From: an uncultured bacterium
Lineage (GTDB): Bacteria > Oederibacteriota > Oederibacteriia > Oederibacteriales > Oederibacteriaceae
Length of the DNA: 64,000 nucleotides
Direction: 5' to 3'
NCBI GenBank assembly: GCA_965112635.1
Contig: OZ218778.1
Location: 416,001-480,000, forward strand
Under the pieces are notes generated by a model, which had not been told where the DNA came from, made no database searches, and worked only from the letters and a program-made list of their open reading frames with translations. Both the position numbers and the translations under genes were made by a program. Positions 9,885 through 19,693 of the stretch are shown in pieces. The first letter of the stretch is position 1. Every line of letters starts with the position of its first letter.

Positions 9885-10820
9885 TTATAGCATTTTATCG
9901 ACCATTGTGCAAAGTTCTCTTACAGAATCCACTGATTTCTTAAACGCTGCGGTTTCCTCTTGGTTTAAGGTTAGTTCGACGACTTGCTCACCGCCCTTGG
10001 TCCCCAACTTGACTGGAACGCCCATAAAAAGGCCGCTCAAACCGTATTCCTGCTGGCAATAATAAGAACAGGGCAGGATCTCTTTTTTATCCAACAGGAT
10101 CGCCTCCACCATTTCCACGACCGCCGCGGAAGGGGCATAGAAGGCGCTACCGGTCTTAAGCAGCTTGACGATCTCAGCCCCGCCGTCCTGGGTGCGCTTC
10201 ACGATAGCCTCCAGTTTTTCTTTGGGGATCAGCCGGGTGACCGGAACTCCCCCGACCGTAGTATGAGAAAGCACCGGGACCATGGTATCTCCGTGCCCTC
10301 CCAGCATAAGGGCGTTGATGCTTTTGACCGAGACCTGGAGTTCCCGGCTGATAAAGGTCCTGAACCTAGCTGTGTCCAAAACTCCGGCCATACCCAGCAC
10401 TCTTTCCCTGGGAAAACCTGAGACTTTGTAAGCTGTATAGGTCATAGCGTCCAGTGGATTGGATACAACGATGAGGATGGCCGAAGGAGACTTTGCTGCG
10501 GCTTCCCGAACCACCTGTTTCACGATCTCGACATTGACCTTGAGGAGGTCATCGCGGCTCATCCCGGGCTTCCTGGGTATTCCAGAGGTGATGACCACGA
10601 TGTCTGAACCCTGGGTCTCCTGGTATTGGTTCGTCCCGATGACCTGGCTGTCATATCCGTAGATGGGCCCGGTCTGGTTGAGGTCCAGCGCTTTGCCTTG
10701 AGGCAAGTCCGGAACGATATCCACAAGCACTACATCACCGAATTCCTTTTCTACCAGCCGCTGGGCTAAAGTGCCGCCCACAAACCCGGCTCCTACGACT
10801 GTGATCTTTTTTCTCGGCAT
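9885..10820 (-). CDS. mdh: Malate dehydrogenase (LDH-like)
   Basis: [45 protein letters not shown]. Confidence 0.96.
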   Translation of the reverse strand: MPRKKITVVGAGFVGGTLAQRLVEKEFGDVVLVDIVPDLPQGKALDLNQTGPIYGYDSQVIGTNQYQETQGSDIVVITSGIPRKPGMSRDDLLKVNVEIVKQVVREAAAKSPSAILIVVSNPLDAMTYTAYKVSGFPRERVLGMAGVLDTARFRTFISRELQVSVKSINALMLGGHGDTMVPVLSHTTVGGVPVTRLIPKEKLEAIVKRTQDGGAEIVKLLKTGSAFYAPSAAVVEMVEAILLDKKEILPCSYYCQQEYGLSGLFMGVPVKLGTKGGEQVVELTLNQEETAAFKKSVDSVRELCTMVDKML

Positions 10821-10854
10821 AAAGCCTCCTCAGGGATCCCTTTTAGGATAGATC

Positions 10855-12069
10855 TTAGAAATTATTGATAATTTCTTCTCCGAATTGCGAACACGATATC
10901 TCCCTGGCTCCCGGCATGTTCCGGGCTAGGTCATAGGTGACCGTCTTGTTCTGGATCGCGCCTTCGATCCCTTTGACGATGAGCTGGGCGGCCTGGTCCC
11001 AGCCCAGATGCTCCAGCATCATGCACCCCGACAGGATGAGCGAACAGGGATTGACCTTGTCCTGGCCCGCGTACTTGGGAGCCGTGCCGTGCGTGGCCTC
11101 AAAAACAGCGGCCTGGTCCCCGATATTGGCGCCGGGAGCCATGCCCAACCCACCTACCTGCGCCGCGCAAGCATCGGACAAATAATCGCCGTTCAGATTG
11201 GGGGTGGCAATGACCTCATATTCGGAGGGTCTAAGGAGCACTTGCTGGAACATGGAATCGGCGATGATATCCTTGATCAGCAGCTTATCGGCAGGGACTT
11301 TGCCTCCGAGATCTTTCTCCACCTGGTCCCAGGATACGGTTTTAGCCCCGAACTCCTGCCGGGCGAGCTCGTAACCCCACTCCCTGAACGCCCCCTCAGT
11401 AAATTTCATGATATTGCCCTTATGGACCAGGGTAACGCTCTTCCGGCCCTTGGCCAGGGCGTATTGGATAGCCTTTTTTACCAGCCGCTTGCTTCCCGAA
11501 ACGCTCATGGGCTTGATGCCGATGCCGCTGTCCGGCTTGACATTTTTGCCCATCTGGGTCTGGAGGAATTCGATCACCTTGCTGGCCTCCGGGGTCCCTT
11601 GCTTCCATTCGATCCCAGCGTACACATCCTCGGTGTTTTCCCGGAAGATCACGACATTGAGCTTCTCCGGCTCTTTGACCGGGCATGGCACGCCTTTGAA
11701 ATACCGCACCGGCCTGACGCAGGCATAGAGGTCCAGTTCCTGCCGCAGGGTCACGTTGATGCTCCGGATGCCTCCTCCCACAGGCGTGGTGAGAGGACCT
11801 TTGATGGCCACCCCGCAATCCTTGACAGCCTTCAGGGTCGACTGGGGCAGCCATTCTCCGACGGCTTTAAAAGCCTTTTCGCCGGCTAAAACCTCCTGCC
11901 AGGCTATTCTTTTCTTGCCTCCATAAGCCTTTTCCACGGCCTTATCAAAGACCTTAACGCTTGCCCTCCAAATATCAGGGCCTGTCCCGTCTCCCTCGAT
12001 AAAAGGGATGACCGGATCATCCGGCACAAGGAGATTCCCGTTATCTATTTTTATCTTTGATCCGCTCAC
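10855..12069 (-). CDS. icd: NADP-dependent isocitrate dehydrogenase
   Basis: [45 protein letters not shown]. Start moved to the GTG at 12069, which follows an AAGGA SD. Confidence 0.96.
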   Translation of the reverse strand: MSGSKIKIDNGNLLVPDDPVIPFIEGDGTGPDIWRASVKVFDKAVEKAYGGKKRIAWQEVLAGEKAFKAVGEWLPQSTLKAVKDCGVAIKGPLTTPVGGGIRSINVTLRQELDLYACVRPVRYFKGVPCPVKEPEKLNVVIFRENTEDVYAGIEWKQGTPEASKVIEFLQTQMGKNVKPDSGIGIKPMSVSGSKRLVKKAIQYALAKGRKSVTLVHKGNIMKFTEGAFREWGYELARQEFGAKTVSWDQVEKDLGGKVPADKLLIKDIIADSMFQQVLLRPSEYEVIATPNLNGDYLSDACAAQVGGLGMAPGANIGDQAAVFEATHGTAPKYAGQDKVNPCSLILSGCMMLEHLGWDQAAQLIVKGIEGAIQNKTVTYDLARNMPGAREISCSQFGEEIINNF

Positions 12070-12148
12070 TGGCGCATCCTTGTAAAATAGGATATTCAAA
12101 CAGAACAATTATAAGGGCGGGGTGGATAAAGGTCAATGAACCGGGTGT

Positions 12149-13348
12149 TCAACGGAAAAACCAATATAGACCCAGCGAAGCTACAAACACCATGGCGGTG
12201 ACAGGGACCAGCCTTTGGTACACACCGGCCCAATTGCTCTTGAAATAGTCCCTGGTCATCACAAAGCAAAGATGCATGGGCGACAGCATCTCTCCGCAAT
12301 AGCCGCTGGCATAGGCCAAAGGCAGCAGGCTCAAAGCCGGGGACATGCTGACGATGATCGGGAAGGTGATACCCACGTAAGGCAGGGTCATGCCGGTCAA
12401 CAGGCCGATCAAAAAGGGCAGGACAATGGCCACCCCTAGGGTCGACACATGGATTCGTTGGAAATCCTGGGTTAGCTGGGTCATGGCGCCGCTGGCTTCG
12501 ATCGCGAACTTGAAATACATGACCGCCAGGACGATCCCTAGCATGGGCCAGTTGATGTTTTTCAGGCAGATCTTCCAAAGCGTTGGCATCTTGATCCGGT
12601 ACATCACGACGCAAAGGATGATGGCGACCAGAAGGGACGGGCTCATCTCCAGTTGCAGTCCCAGGACCAAGCCCAGTAAAACCACTAAAGGCAGAACGGC
12701 GTAGATAAAACCCCCATAGCCGGATAAATCCCTCCCCTGTTGAGAAATGCGGCCCTTTTGTTTAAGTCCCCACAAACCCCAGATCACGCCACCCGTAATC
12801 GCCACGGCGGAAAGCAAAAAATTATGGATAACAACCGCTTTAATACTGCAGCCATATATTGTGGCGGATAAAAGCACGCCTGGGTAGGTCGGCAGAAAAT
12901 ACTCCCAGACATGCCTGAACCAATAGTTTAGGAAAGTTTTACGTTCCGGCCCGATGACAAGCCGCCGGGAACTCTCCTCCACCAGGGGCGCCGAAACGTA
13001 GGCTCCACCCATAATGGGCATCAAGCCGATGATAGCCGGAAAAATCGCCACAGTGACGCGGGCGTCGTTAAAAGTATGTTCTATCCTGTCCGTGACCTTT
13101 TTAAGTTGACCCGACTCTTTCCACAGGTCATTGAAGATGAGGACCAACACCAGGCTGGCAGCTAACTGGAGGGTAGAATAATTTAGAAGGGATTGGGGCA
13201 CCCCCTCCCAAAACAATTTCAAGGGCATGTTGAACAGCCATCCCAAAACAAGGGTCACCACAAAAATGGCCAGACCCAGGTCTAATTTCCGGACGATCAA
13301 CAGGATAAGCAAAGCAAGGATAAATAAAATTTTGAGAAGACTTATCAT
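12149..13348 (-). CDS. DUF401-family multi-pass membrane protein
   Basis: About 11-12 hydrophobic helices; NYWFRHVWE...YPG and LSPMHLC motifs. Confidence 0.75.
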   Translation of the reverse strand: MISLLKILFILALLILLIVRKLDLGLAIFVVTLVLGWLFNMPLKLFWEGVPQSLLNYSTLQLAASLVLVLIFNDLWKESGQLKKVTDRIEHTFNDARVTVAIFPAIIGLMPIMGGAYVSAPLVEESSRRLVIGPERKTFLNYWFRHVWEYFLPTYPGVLLSATIYGCSIKAVVIHNFLLSAVAITGGVIWGLWGLKQKGRISQQGRDLSGYGGFIYAVLPLVVLLGLVLGLQLEMSPSLLVAIILCVVMYRIKMPTLWKICLKNINWPMLGIVLAVMYFKFAIEASGAMTQLTQDFQRIHVSTLGVAIVLPFLIGLLTGMTLPYVGITFPIIVSMSPALSLLPLAYASGYCGEMLSPMHLCFVMTRDYFKSNWAGVYQRLVPVTAMVFVASLGLYWFFR

Positions 13349-14100
13349 TGAGAGAGGCCCTTTCCCCTGGGTTTTTCCATGTGCAAGAGGAATTCCCTGT
13401 TCCCTTCAGGACCCAATATCGGCGACTCCGTGTCCCCCAAAACCACAAAACCATTTTCTTTCCCGGCTTGCCGTATTTTTTTTATGATTTGCTGGTGCTT
13501 TTCCGGGTCACGGACCACTCCCTTTTTACCGACCTCACCCTTTCCAGCTTCGAACTGAGGCTTGATGAGGGCCACAACCTGTCCATCGGGTCGCAATAGT
13601 GGAAAAACGGCTGGAAAAATTTTGGTTAGAGATATAAAAGAAACATCAATCGTCGCAAGGTCGAACAAGACCGTGAAATCGGAAGGCTTGAGATATCGCG
13701 CGTTGGTCTTTTCTGACACCATAACCCTAGGGTCTTTCCTCAAGCGATAGTCCAGTTGACCGTATCCCACATCAACGGCATAAACTTGTTTGGCTCCATG
13801 CTGGAGAAGGCAGTCGGTAAAACCTCCGGTGGAAGCTCCTATATCCAGGACAATCCATCCGGTCGGGTCGATGTGGAAAAAATGCAAAGCCTTTTCCAGC
13901 TTTGACCCTCCGCGGCTGACATAGTTGGTTTCTTTCTGCTGGATGACAAACTTACTATCGTTGGCGCAAAGCTGGCCGGGTTTTTCAACGATCATTTCGC
14001 CGACCCTCACTTGGCGGGCTAGGATGGCGCTCTGGGCTTGCTGACGGCTGGGAAAATGACCTTTTTCGACCAGTAATTTATCGGCGCGCTCGCGCTTCAA
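13345..14100 (-). CDS. tlyA: TlyA-family rRNA 2'-O-methyltransferase
   Basis: S4 domain, YVSRGGSKL, DIGASTGGFTD, DVSFISL, LIKPQFE, GNREF. Confidence 0.95.
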   Translation of the reverse strand: MKRERADKLLVEKGHFPSRQQAQSAILARQVRVGEMIVEKPGQLCANDSKFVIQQKETNYVSRGGSKLEKALHFFHIDPTGWIVLDIGASTGGFTDCLLQHGAKQVYAVDVGYGQLDYRLRKDPRVMVSEKTNARYLKPSDFTVLFDLATIDVSFISLTKIFPAVFPLLRPDGQVVALIKPQFEAGKGEVGKKGVVRDPEKHQQIIKKIRQAGKENGFVVLGDTESPILGPEGNREFLLHMEKPRGKGLSQ

Positions 14101-14114
14101 GAAAGGTCCCTGGC

Positions 14115-15914
14115 CTATTCGGCCATGGAAACACGCATGACCTCGTCGATGGTGGTCAGACCTTTTTTGAGCTTGATGACGGCGCTATCACGTAAAGTCC
14201 GCATACCGGCGGACAAAGCTATCCGCCGAACCTCTCCTACATCTTTTCGTTTAAAAATTGCATCCCGAACAGGCTCAGACATGACCATCACTTCATAAAT
14301 AGCATTACGGCCGGCATACCCCCTGCTGCCGCAGCTCCCGCACCCCTTGCCGTGATAGAACTTGATGCCTTCAATTTCCTTGGAATCTATCCCGGCTGCC
14401 TCGAGTTTTTTGAGATCAGGATCTTCCTCTTCCTTACAATTATTGCAGATTAGTCGCAACAGCCTCTGGGCCACCACACATACCACCGAGGTCCCAACCT
14501 GGATATTGTCGACACCCATATCCACCAAACGGGTCACTGTGGAAGGGGCGTCATTGGTGTGCAGGGTACTCAAGACTAGATGGCCGGTCATTGCTGCCGT
14601 AATGGCAATACTACCCGTCTCTAAATCCCTAATCTCTCCAACTAATATAATGTTGGGATCCTGGCGCAGAGCAGCTTTTAAAACAGCCGGGAAAGTCAAA
14701 CCCACATCAGGATTGATATTGACCTGGTTTATGCCTTTGATCTGGAACTCCACCGGGTCCTCCGCGGTCATGATATTCCTATTACGGGTATTGACTGTAT
14801 TGAGCGCGGTATATAGAGTCCTTGTCTTACCGCTGCCAGTAGGTCCTGTGACCAGAACCATACCGTAAGGGCTACGGATAGCTTTCTCGAATTTAACCTG
14901 GTCATCCGGTTCAAAGCCTAAGGTATCCAGACTAAACTGGGTGACACTGCTGTCCAGGATGCGCATGACGATCTTCTCTCCGTGGATGCAAGGCAAGGTG
15001 GAAACACGAAGGTCGATCTTGCGTTTGCCGAAGGAAACACGGAGTTTGCCGTCCTGGGGTTTCCTTCGCTCGACGATATCCAGCTTGGCCATGACCTTGA
15101 TACGGGCGGCCACGGCCCTTTTAAGGGACGTAGGTAGCGGCTTCATCTCCTGAAGCTGTCCATCCAAACGATAGCGGACCGCGAAATTCTTTTCATAGGG
15201 TTCCAAATGAATGTCGGAAGCCTTCATGGCGATCGCGTTATGGATCAGGGTATTGACCAGTTTGATGACGGGAGCGTCATTGGCTGCCCCTTCGCCTTCG
15301 GTCTCTTCATCTTTTTCTTCCACGACTTCCATATCTCCGACAATGGCGTCCGTGGATTGCACGTTCATATCTTCCAGGGTTTCCTGGAGGCTCGGTTCCT
15401 CGCCCTCCGATTCTCCGGCTTTTTCTTGTTCAGCCATGAGTGCGGATGCGTCCACCGCCTGGACGGCCTGGACGACGTGGTAATACTTTTCCATTGCTTC
15501 CTTGATAAGTTGGGGCGTGCTCATGCTGTATTCGGTGTTTAAACCAGAACCGTGCTTGATAGTGTCCACCAGGTGGATCAGATTAGTATCCTGGGGGTCG
15601 GCAATGATCACGTTGATCGTGCTGTCCTTGATGGAATAAGGTAATACCTGGAACTTTTTGACCTGGTCCCTGGTCAGTACTTTCAAAGCACTAGGATCAG
15701 GCTCCTCGGTCGTAAGATCAACATAGGGCATGTTATTATTCATGGCCAGAAGATGAAAAAAGGCCTCTTCGCTGATATAGCCGAGGCCGATCATCACTTC
15801 TCCCAGTTTCTTGCCGCTCTTTTGTTGTTCCTCCAGGGCTTTGGTTAATTGTTGTTCCGTGATAATACCCTCGCTGATTAAGAACTGTCCTATGGCTGCG
15901 GGAGGCATAAACAT
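14115..15914 (-). CDS. pilB: Type IV pilus / type II secretion assembly ATPase (PilB/GspE)
   Basis: MshEN-like N-terminus, ASDIHLEP, PQDG, GPTGSGKT, EDPVE, LRQDP..LVGEIRD, TGHLVLSTLH, CxxC...CxxC. Confidence 0.9.
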   Translation of the reverse strand: MFMPPAAIGQFLISEGIITEQQLTKALEEQQKSGKKLGEVMIGLGYISEEAFFHLLAMNNNMPYVDLTTEEPDPSALKVLTRDQVKKFQVLPYSIKDSTINVIIADPQDTNLIHLVDTIKHGSGLNTEYSMSTPQLIKEAMEKYYHVVQAVQAVDASALMAEQEKAGESEGEEPSLQETLEDMNVQSTDAIVGDMEVVEEKDEETEGEGAANDAPVIKLVNTLIHNAIAMKASDIHLEPYEKNFAVRYRLDGQLQEMKPLPTSLKRAVAARIKVMAKLDIVERRKPQDGKLRVSFGKRKIDLRVSTLPCIHGEKIVMRILDSSVTQFSLDTLGFEPDDQVKFEKAIRSPYGMVLVTGPTGSGKTRTLYTALNTVNTRNRNIMTAEDPVEFQIKGINQVNINPDVGLTFPAVLKAALRQDPNIILVGEIRDLETGSIAITAAMTGHLVLSTLHTNDAPSTVTRLVDMGVDNIQVGTSVVCVVAQRLLRLICNNCKEEEDPDLKKLEAAGIDSKEIEGIKFYHGKGCGSCGSRGYAGRNAIYEVMVMSEPVRDAIFKRKDVGEVRRIALSAGMRTLRDSAVIKLKKGLTTIDEVMRVSMAE

Positions 15915-15989
15915 CCTTTCAAAAAATCAATGGGTAACTAACAAGCGTCCACTTACAGGGATTTTACCTGACCCAAAACACTTGAACAT

Positions 15990-16018
15990 ATTTTACTGCA
16001 ACAACAGTTTTTGCTCAA
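15990..16018 (-). promoter_or_regulatory. Sigma70-type promoter upstream of pilB
   Basis: Minus strand TTGAGC-N17-TAAAAT. Confidence 0.5.
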
Positions 16019-16059
16019 ATCTTTCCTGTCCGCAAAAAACAGTAACGATATAGACTGAC

Positions 16060-17094
16060 CTACCAGTTGGACCTGAACCTGTCATTATCCCCGCTTTGGG
16101 GCACAGGGGTTGGCGTGGGGGTTGGCTGGGACAAGGTTGCCTGAGCCCTGCGTCTCCGTTTTAGCTTAGGCGTGGGCGTTGGAGAAGGAAGCGCCTGGGG
16201 GCTTTGGACACCTCTGGCCGGCGTTGGAGTTGGAGTGATGGTGGGGGTCACTGTCGCCAAGGCCATGGCTTCTGTTTTTGCGATGGGCTCAAAGAAGATC
16301 TTACCGCTCTTTTTATTGGCGACATTATCGTAGATATGGTCGTGAATAAAATCAACTATAAGAGTCCCCCACCAATTCCCCGGCATGGGAATATCTCTGG
16401 GGGCAAGATTATAAACGTCATATTTCGCGTTGGCATAGATCAGATCGCTGGTGACATTGGCCTGGCTGAAATCCTTGATATAGAGCCCGTAGTCGTTGTC
16501 GGTAATGATATTGTAGGTCACATCTAGTTTGGAGGAATAGAACCAGCTGGTGATGCCCCGGGTATTCTTCTCAATGCGATTCTTCGTGATATGTGGGCCG
16601 GCAAGATAGGCGATCTCGATGCCTCCCCCTTCGGAGATATGACAATTGGTAATGGTGGGTGAGGCATAATTGCATATAATCCGCCCTTTGGTGATATCGC
16701 ATTGCTGCAAAATACAGTCGGGAGAAGAACCCGTCGCGAAATAAATGGCCCCCCAGTTGTCACCTATGCCTGTAAGAACAAACCGTATGGGTGTTTCTGG
16801 GGTACCTACAGCAATGAGGGTCCCTTTGACGATGATATCCGTATCGGCAGTAGAAAAAGGTGTTTCTTGCCCGCCAGTGGTATGAGCCAGCCTCACCTCT
16901 ACACCCGCTTCAATGGTCAGCGTCACGCCGTTATCCACGATAACGTCGTCCGTGACCACATAAGGACTATTTTTGGCATACCAGGTAATATCTTCTTCCA
17001 GTAAACCATGCACCAAGGTGGCATCACTCTGGGCCCAGCCGGAAAGCGGCAAGGATAAAATCAAACCAGCGATGATAAAAAAGGTTTTTCTCAT
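16060..17094 (-). CDS. Secreted right-handed parallel beta-helix protein with Pro/Thr-rich basic tail
   Basis: Signal peptide MRKTFFIIAGLILSLPLSGWA after a CAGGAG SD; SPYVV..GVTLTIEAGV, GTPETPIRF, I.NN.I-type repeats, GNWWG; TPTPTP tail. Confidence 0.7.
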   Translation of the reverse strand: MRKTFFIIAGLILSLPLSGWAQSDATLVHGLLEEDITWYAKNSPYVVTDDVIVDNGVTLTIEAGVEVRLAHTTGGQETPFSTADTDIIVKGTLIAVGTPETPIRFVLTGIGDNWGAIYFATGSSPDCILQQCDITKGRIICNYASPTITNCHISEGGGIEIAYLAGPHITKNRIEKNTRGITSWFYSSKLDVTYNIITDNDYGLYIKDFSQANVTSDLIYANAKYDVYNLAPRDIPMPGNWWGTLIVDFIHDHIYDNVANKKSGKIFFEPIAKTEAMALATVTPTITPTPTPARGVQSPQALPSPTPTPKLKRRRRAQATLSQPTPTPTPVPQSGDNDRFRSNW

Positions 17095-17130
17095 TAACAC
17101 TCCTGAATCCATTTTTGATTGATAACTTTC

Positions 17131-17159
17131 TTGCTTGCTTTTGACTAATTGTATATGAT
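17131..17159 (+). promoter_or_regulatory. Sigma70-type promoter for aconitase
   Basis: TTGCTT-N17-TATGAT in the AT-rich divergent spacer. Confidence 0.45.
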
Positions 17160-17233
17160 TTTAGGAAAGAGAACAAAAAAATTAGATAAAAAATAGCCCA
17201 CATATACAATCTATATTTTTCAAAGGCGGTAAA

Positions 17234-19510
17234 ATGACCGACATCTTCTCAGCTCAGATCGCATTGCGCTGCTACCAAAAAATGAGGGAAAAACTGCCTT
17301 CTCTCAGGAAACTTCTGGGCCGGCCTCTGACCCTTGCAGAGAAACTCCTTTTACTCCATTTATCCGAGATTCCCGCGTTCAAACCGGTACCCACGCAAAG
17401 CATGCTTCCGCTGCTTCCTGACCGGGTTGTCATGCAGGACGCCACGGCCCAGATGGCCCTGCTCCAGTTTGCCCAGGCAAAGCTGGAACGGGCAATGGTC
17501 CCAGCTACGGTTCACTGCGACCATTTGATCAGGGCTTGCAAAGGTGCTGATCAGGACCTTAAGTTAGCCCAAAAAGAAAATAAGGAAGTTTTTGAATTTC
17601 TAGCTTCTGCCTGCCAGAAATACGGGATCGGTTTCTGGAAACCCGGATCTGGAGTCATCCACCAGATTTTTCTTGAGAACTACGCGTTCCCTGGCGGACT
17701 CGCAGTCGGCAGTGATTCCCATACACCCAATGCGGGCGGACTAGGAATGCTGGCTGTGGGTGTTGGAGGCGCCGATACCGTAGAGGTCATGGCAGGTTTG
17801 ACCTGGGAATTGAAATATCCGGAATTGATCGGGGTCCGCCTTACTGGAGAGTTGCACGGCTGGACCTCCGCCAAGGATGTGATCCTCTATTTGTGCGGGC
17901 TCCTGACCACAAAGGGCGGAACTAATAAAATCATCGAGTACTTTGGTCCAGGCACAAGATCCCTGAGTTGCACGGGCAAAGCCACCATTGCCAACATGGG
18001 GGCTGAGGTCGGGGCGACTTCTTCGATATTCCCTTATGATGGGAGGATGGAAGCGTATCTCCAAGCCACAGGAAGGTCCGCAGTCGCGGAGATAGCCGGC
18101 CAGTACAGGGACCTTTTGACCCCTGATCCCGAAATCGAGACTGACCCTGGCCGCTATTATAACCGGGTCATTGAGATCAATCTTTCTACCTTGGAACCTT
18201 ATATCGTGGGGCCTCATACCCCTGATTTGGCCAGGCCTATTTCTCAGTTCGCCCAGGAGGTCAGAACAAAGGATTATCCTGAAAAAATATCAGCCGCTTT
18301 GGTAGGCAGTTGCACAAATTCATCTTACGAAGATTTAAATAGAGCTAAAGAGATTTCTTTGCAGGCTCATGCGGCTGGACTCCACATGTCCATTCCCTTG
18401 TTGGTGGGACCAGGTTCTGAAGAAATATTGCAAACTGCCCGCAGGGATGGGCAAATAAAGGCCTTTGAGGACATAGGCGCCACAATTTTAGCTAATGCTT
18501 GCGGGCCCTGCATTGGGCAATGGCAACGAGAAGATACAAAAAAGGGAGTTAAAAATTCGATACTAACGACCTTTAACCGGAATTTCGCCGCCCGCAACGA
18601 CGGGAATCCTGAAACCCTGGCCTTTATTGCCAGCCCCGAAATCGTAATAGCCATGGCCCTGGCCAGCCGTCTTTCTTTCAATCCCCTCGTCGATCCCATT
18701 GAACTGCCTGGCGGGAAAAAACTTAAATTCCTCCCCCCAACTCACGGGTCAGACATTCCTCCTGACGGCTTTGCGGATTATCGCGCTGGCTATGCCCCTC
18801 CTGCCGAAAATGGCTCCAACGTGCCTCTTGCAATTGACCCTCACAGCCAACGCTTGCAGCTTTTGGACCCTTTTCCTGCCTGGAAAGAACAGGATTTCTT
18901 AGATCTACCTATATTGCTCAAGGTCAAAGGCAAATGTACCACTGACCACATTTCGCCGGCAGGACCCTGGCTTAAATACAGGGGCCACCTGGACCGCATA
19001 AGCGATAATTTGTTTTCCGGAGCTTCAAACGCTTTCACTGGTTCAATCGGCAACGGCAAAAACCAATTGACCGGAGAACCAGGGATTCCTCTGGCCCAAG
19101 TCGCCCGCGCTTATAAATCTGTAGGTCTCCATTGGGCCGTCATCGCCGAGGATAACTATGGCGAAGGCAGCAGTCGGGAACACGCCGCCATGTCTCCAAG
19201 ACATTTGGGAGGGGCGATTATCATGGCTAAGAGTTTTGCCCGCATCCATGAGACGAACTTGAAGAAACAGGGTCTAGTACCCCTGGTTTTTGTGGACCCA
19301 GCAAACTATGACACCATCCAGGAAACGGACAGGATCAGCATTTCAGGCACTCTGAATCTTAGACCCGGAGACCATGTTATAGCAAAGATAGTTCATTCTA
19401 ATGGAGAAACTCAGGATATAGCGCTGCAACACAGTTTTAGTGCCGAACAAATCAAATGGTTTCAGGCAGGTTCGGCCTTAAATTATCTAAGATTGAAAAA
19501 TGAAATTTAA
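17234..19510 (+). CDS. Aconitate hydratase (mitochondrial-like ~750-aa subfamily)
   Basis: MQDATAQMA, VHCDH, GSDSHT, GSCTN, ACGPCIG, TTDHISPAG, GEGSSREHAA, SFARIH. Confidence 0.93.
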   Translation: MTDIFSAQIALRCYQKMREKLPSLRKLLGRPLTLAEKLLLLHLSEIPAFKPVPTQSMLPLLPDRVVMQDATAQMALLQFAQAKLERAMVPATVHCDHLIRACKGADQDLKLAQKENKEVFEFLASACQKYGIGFWKPGSGVIHQIFLENYAFPGGLAVGSDSHTPNAGGLGMLAVGVGGADTVEVMAGLTWELKYPELIGVRLTGELHGWTSAKDVILYLCGLLTTKGGTNKIIEYFGPGTRSLSCTGKATIANMGAEVGATSSIFPYDGRMEAYLQATGRSAVAEIAGQYRDLLTPDPEIETDPGRYYNRVIEINLSTLEPYIVGPHTPDLARPISQFAQEVRTKDYPEKISAALVGSCTNSSYEDLNRAKEISLQAHAAGLHMSIPLLVGPGSEEILQTARRDGQIKAFEDIGATILANACGPCIGQWQREDTKKGVKNSILTTFNRNFAARNDGNPETLAFIASPEIVIAMALASRLSFNPLVDPIELPGGKKLKFLPPTHGSDIPPDGFADYRAGYAPPAENGSNVPLAIDPHSQRLQLLDPFPAWKEQDFLDLPILLKVKGKCTTDHISPAGPWLKYRGHLDRISDNLFSGASNAFTGSIGNGKNQLTGEPGIPLAQVARAYKSVGLHWAVIAEDNYGEGSSREHAAMSPRHLGGAIIMAKSFARIHETNLKKQGLVPLVFVDPANYDTIQETDRISISGTLNLRPGDHVIAKIVHSNGETQDIALQHSFSAEQIKWFQAGSALNYLRLKNEI

Positions 19511-19555
19511 GGGTTGAATAATAAAGCTGAGGTATTTAGGATTGTCTAAAAATTT

Positions 19556-19630
19556 TGGAGCGGGAGACGGGGTTTGAACCCGCGACTTTCACCTTGGCAA
19601 GGTGACACTCTACCACTGAGTTACTCCCGC
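19556..19630 (-). tRNA. tRNA-Gly (GCC)
   Basis: GCGGGAGTAACTCAGTGGTAGAGTGTCACCTTGCCAAGGTGAAAGTCGCGGGTTCAAACCCCGTCTCCCGCTCCA folds as a cloverleaf; anticodon GCC; encoded CCA. Confidence 0.97.
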
Positions 19631-19679
19631 ACCCTTTGCTTGGTCCGGATTTCTCCAAATCACCTTGGGAACGCAAAGT

Positions 19680-19688
19680 ATTGTACCA
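19680..19688 (-). promoter_or_regulatory. Extended -10 element for the tRNA-Gly gene
   Basis: TGG-TACAAT on the minus strand, about 50 nt upstream of the tRNA. Confidence 0.4.
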
Positions 19689-19693
19689 AAAAA

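Noticed and set aside
11008-11889. 293-aa plus-strand ORF, and many similar antisense ORFs over clpX, tig, pilB, wzt and lhgO-like genes
   Set aside because: They lie wholly antisense to well-conserved genes and have no recognisable motifs; typical shadow ORFs of GC3-biased coding DNA.
17234-19630. Opposite-strand aconitase abutting the 3' end of tRNA-Gly as a possible integrated island
   Set aside because: No integrase or duplicated tRNA 3' end (att) was noticed, and icd/mdh nearby give an ordinary metabolic context.
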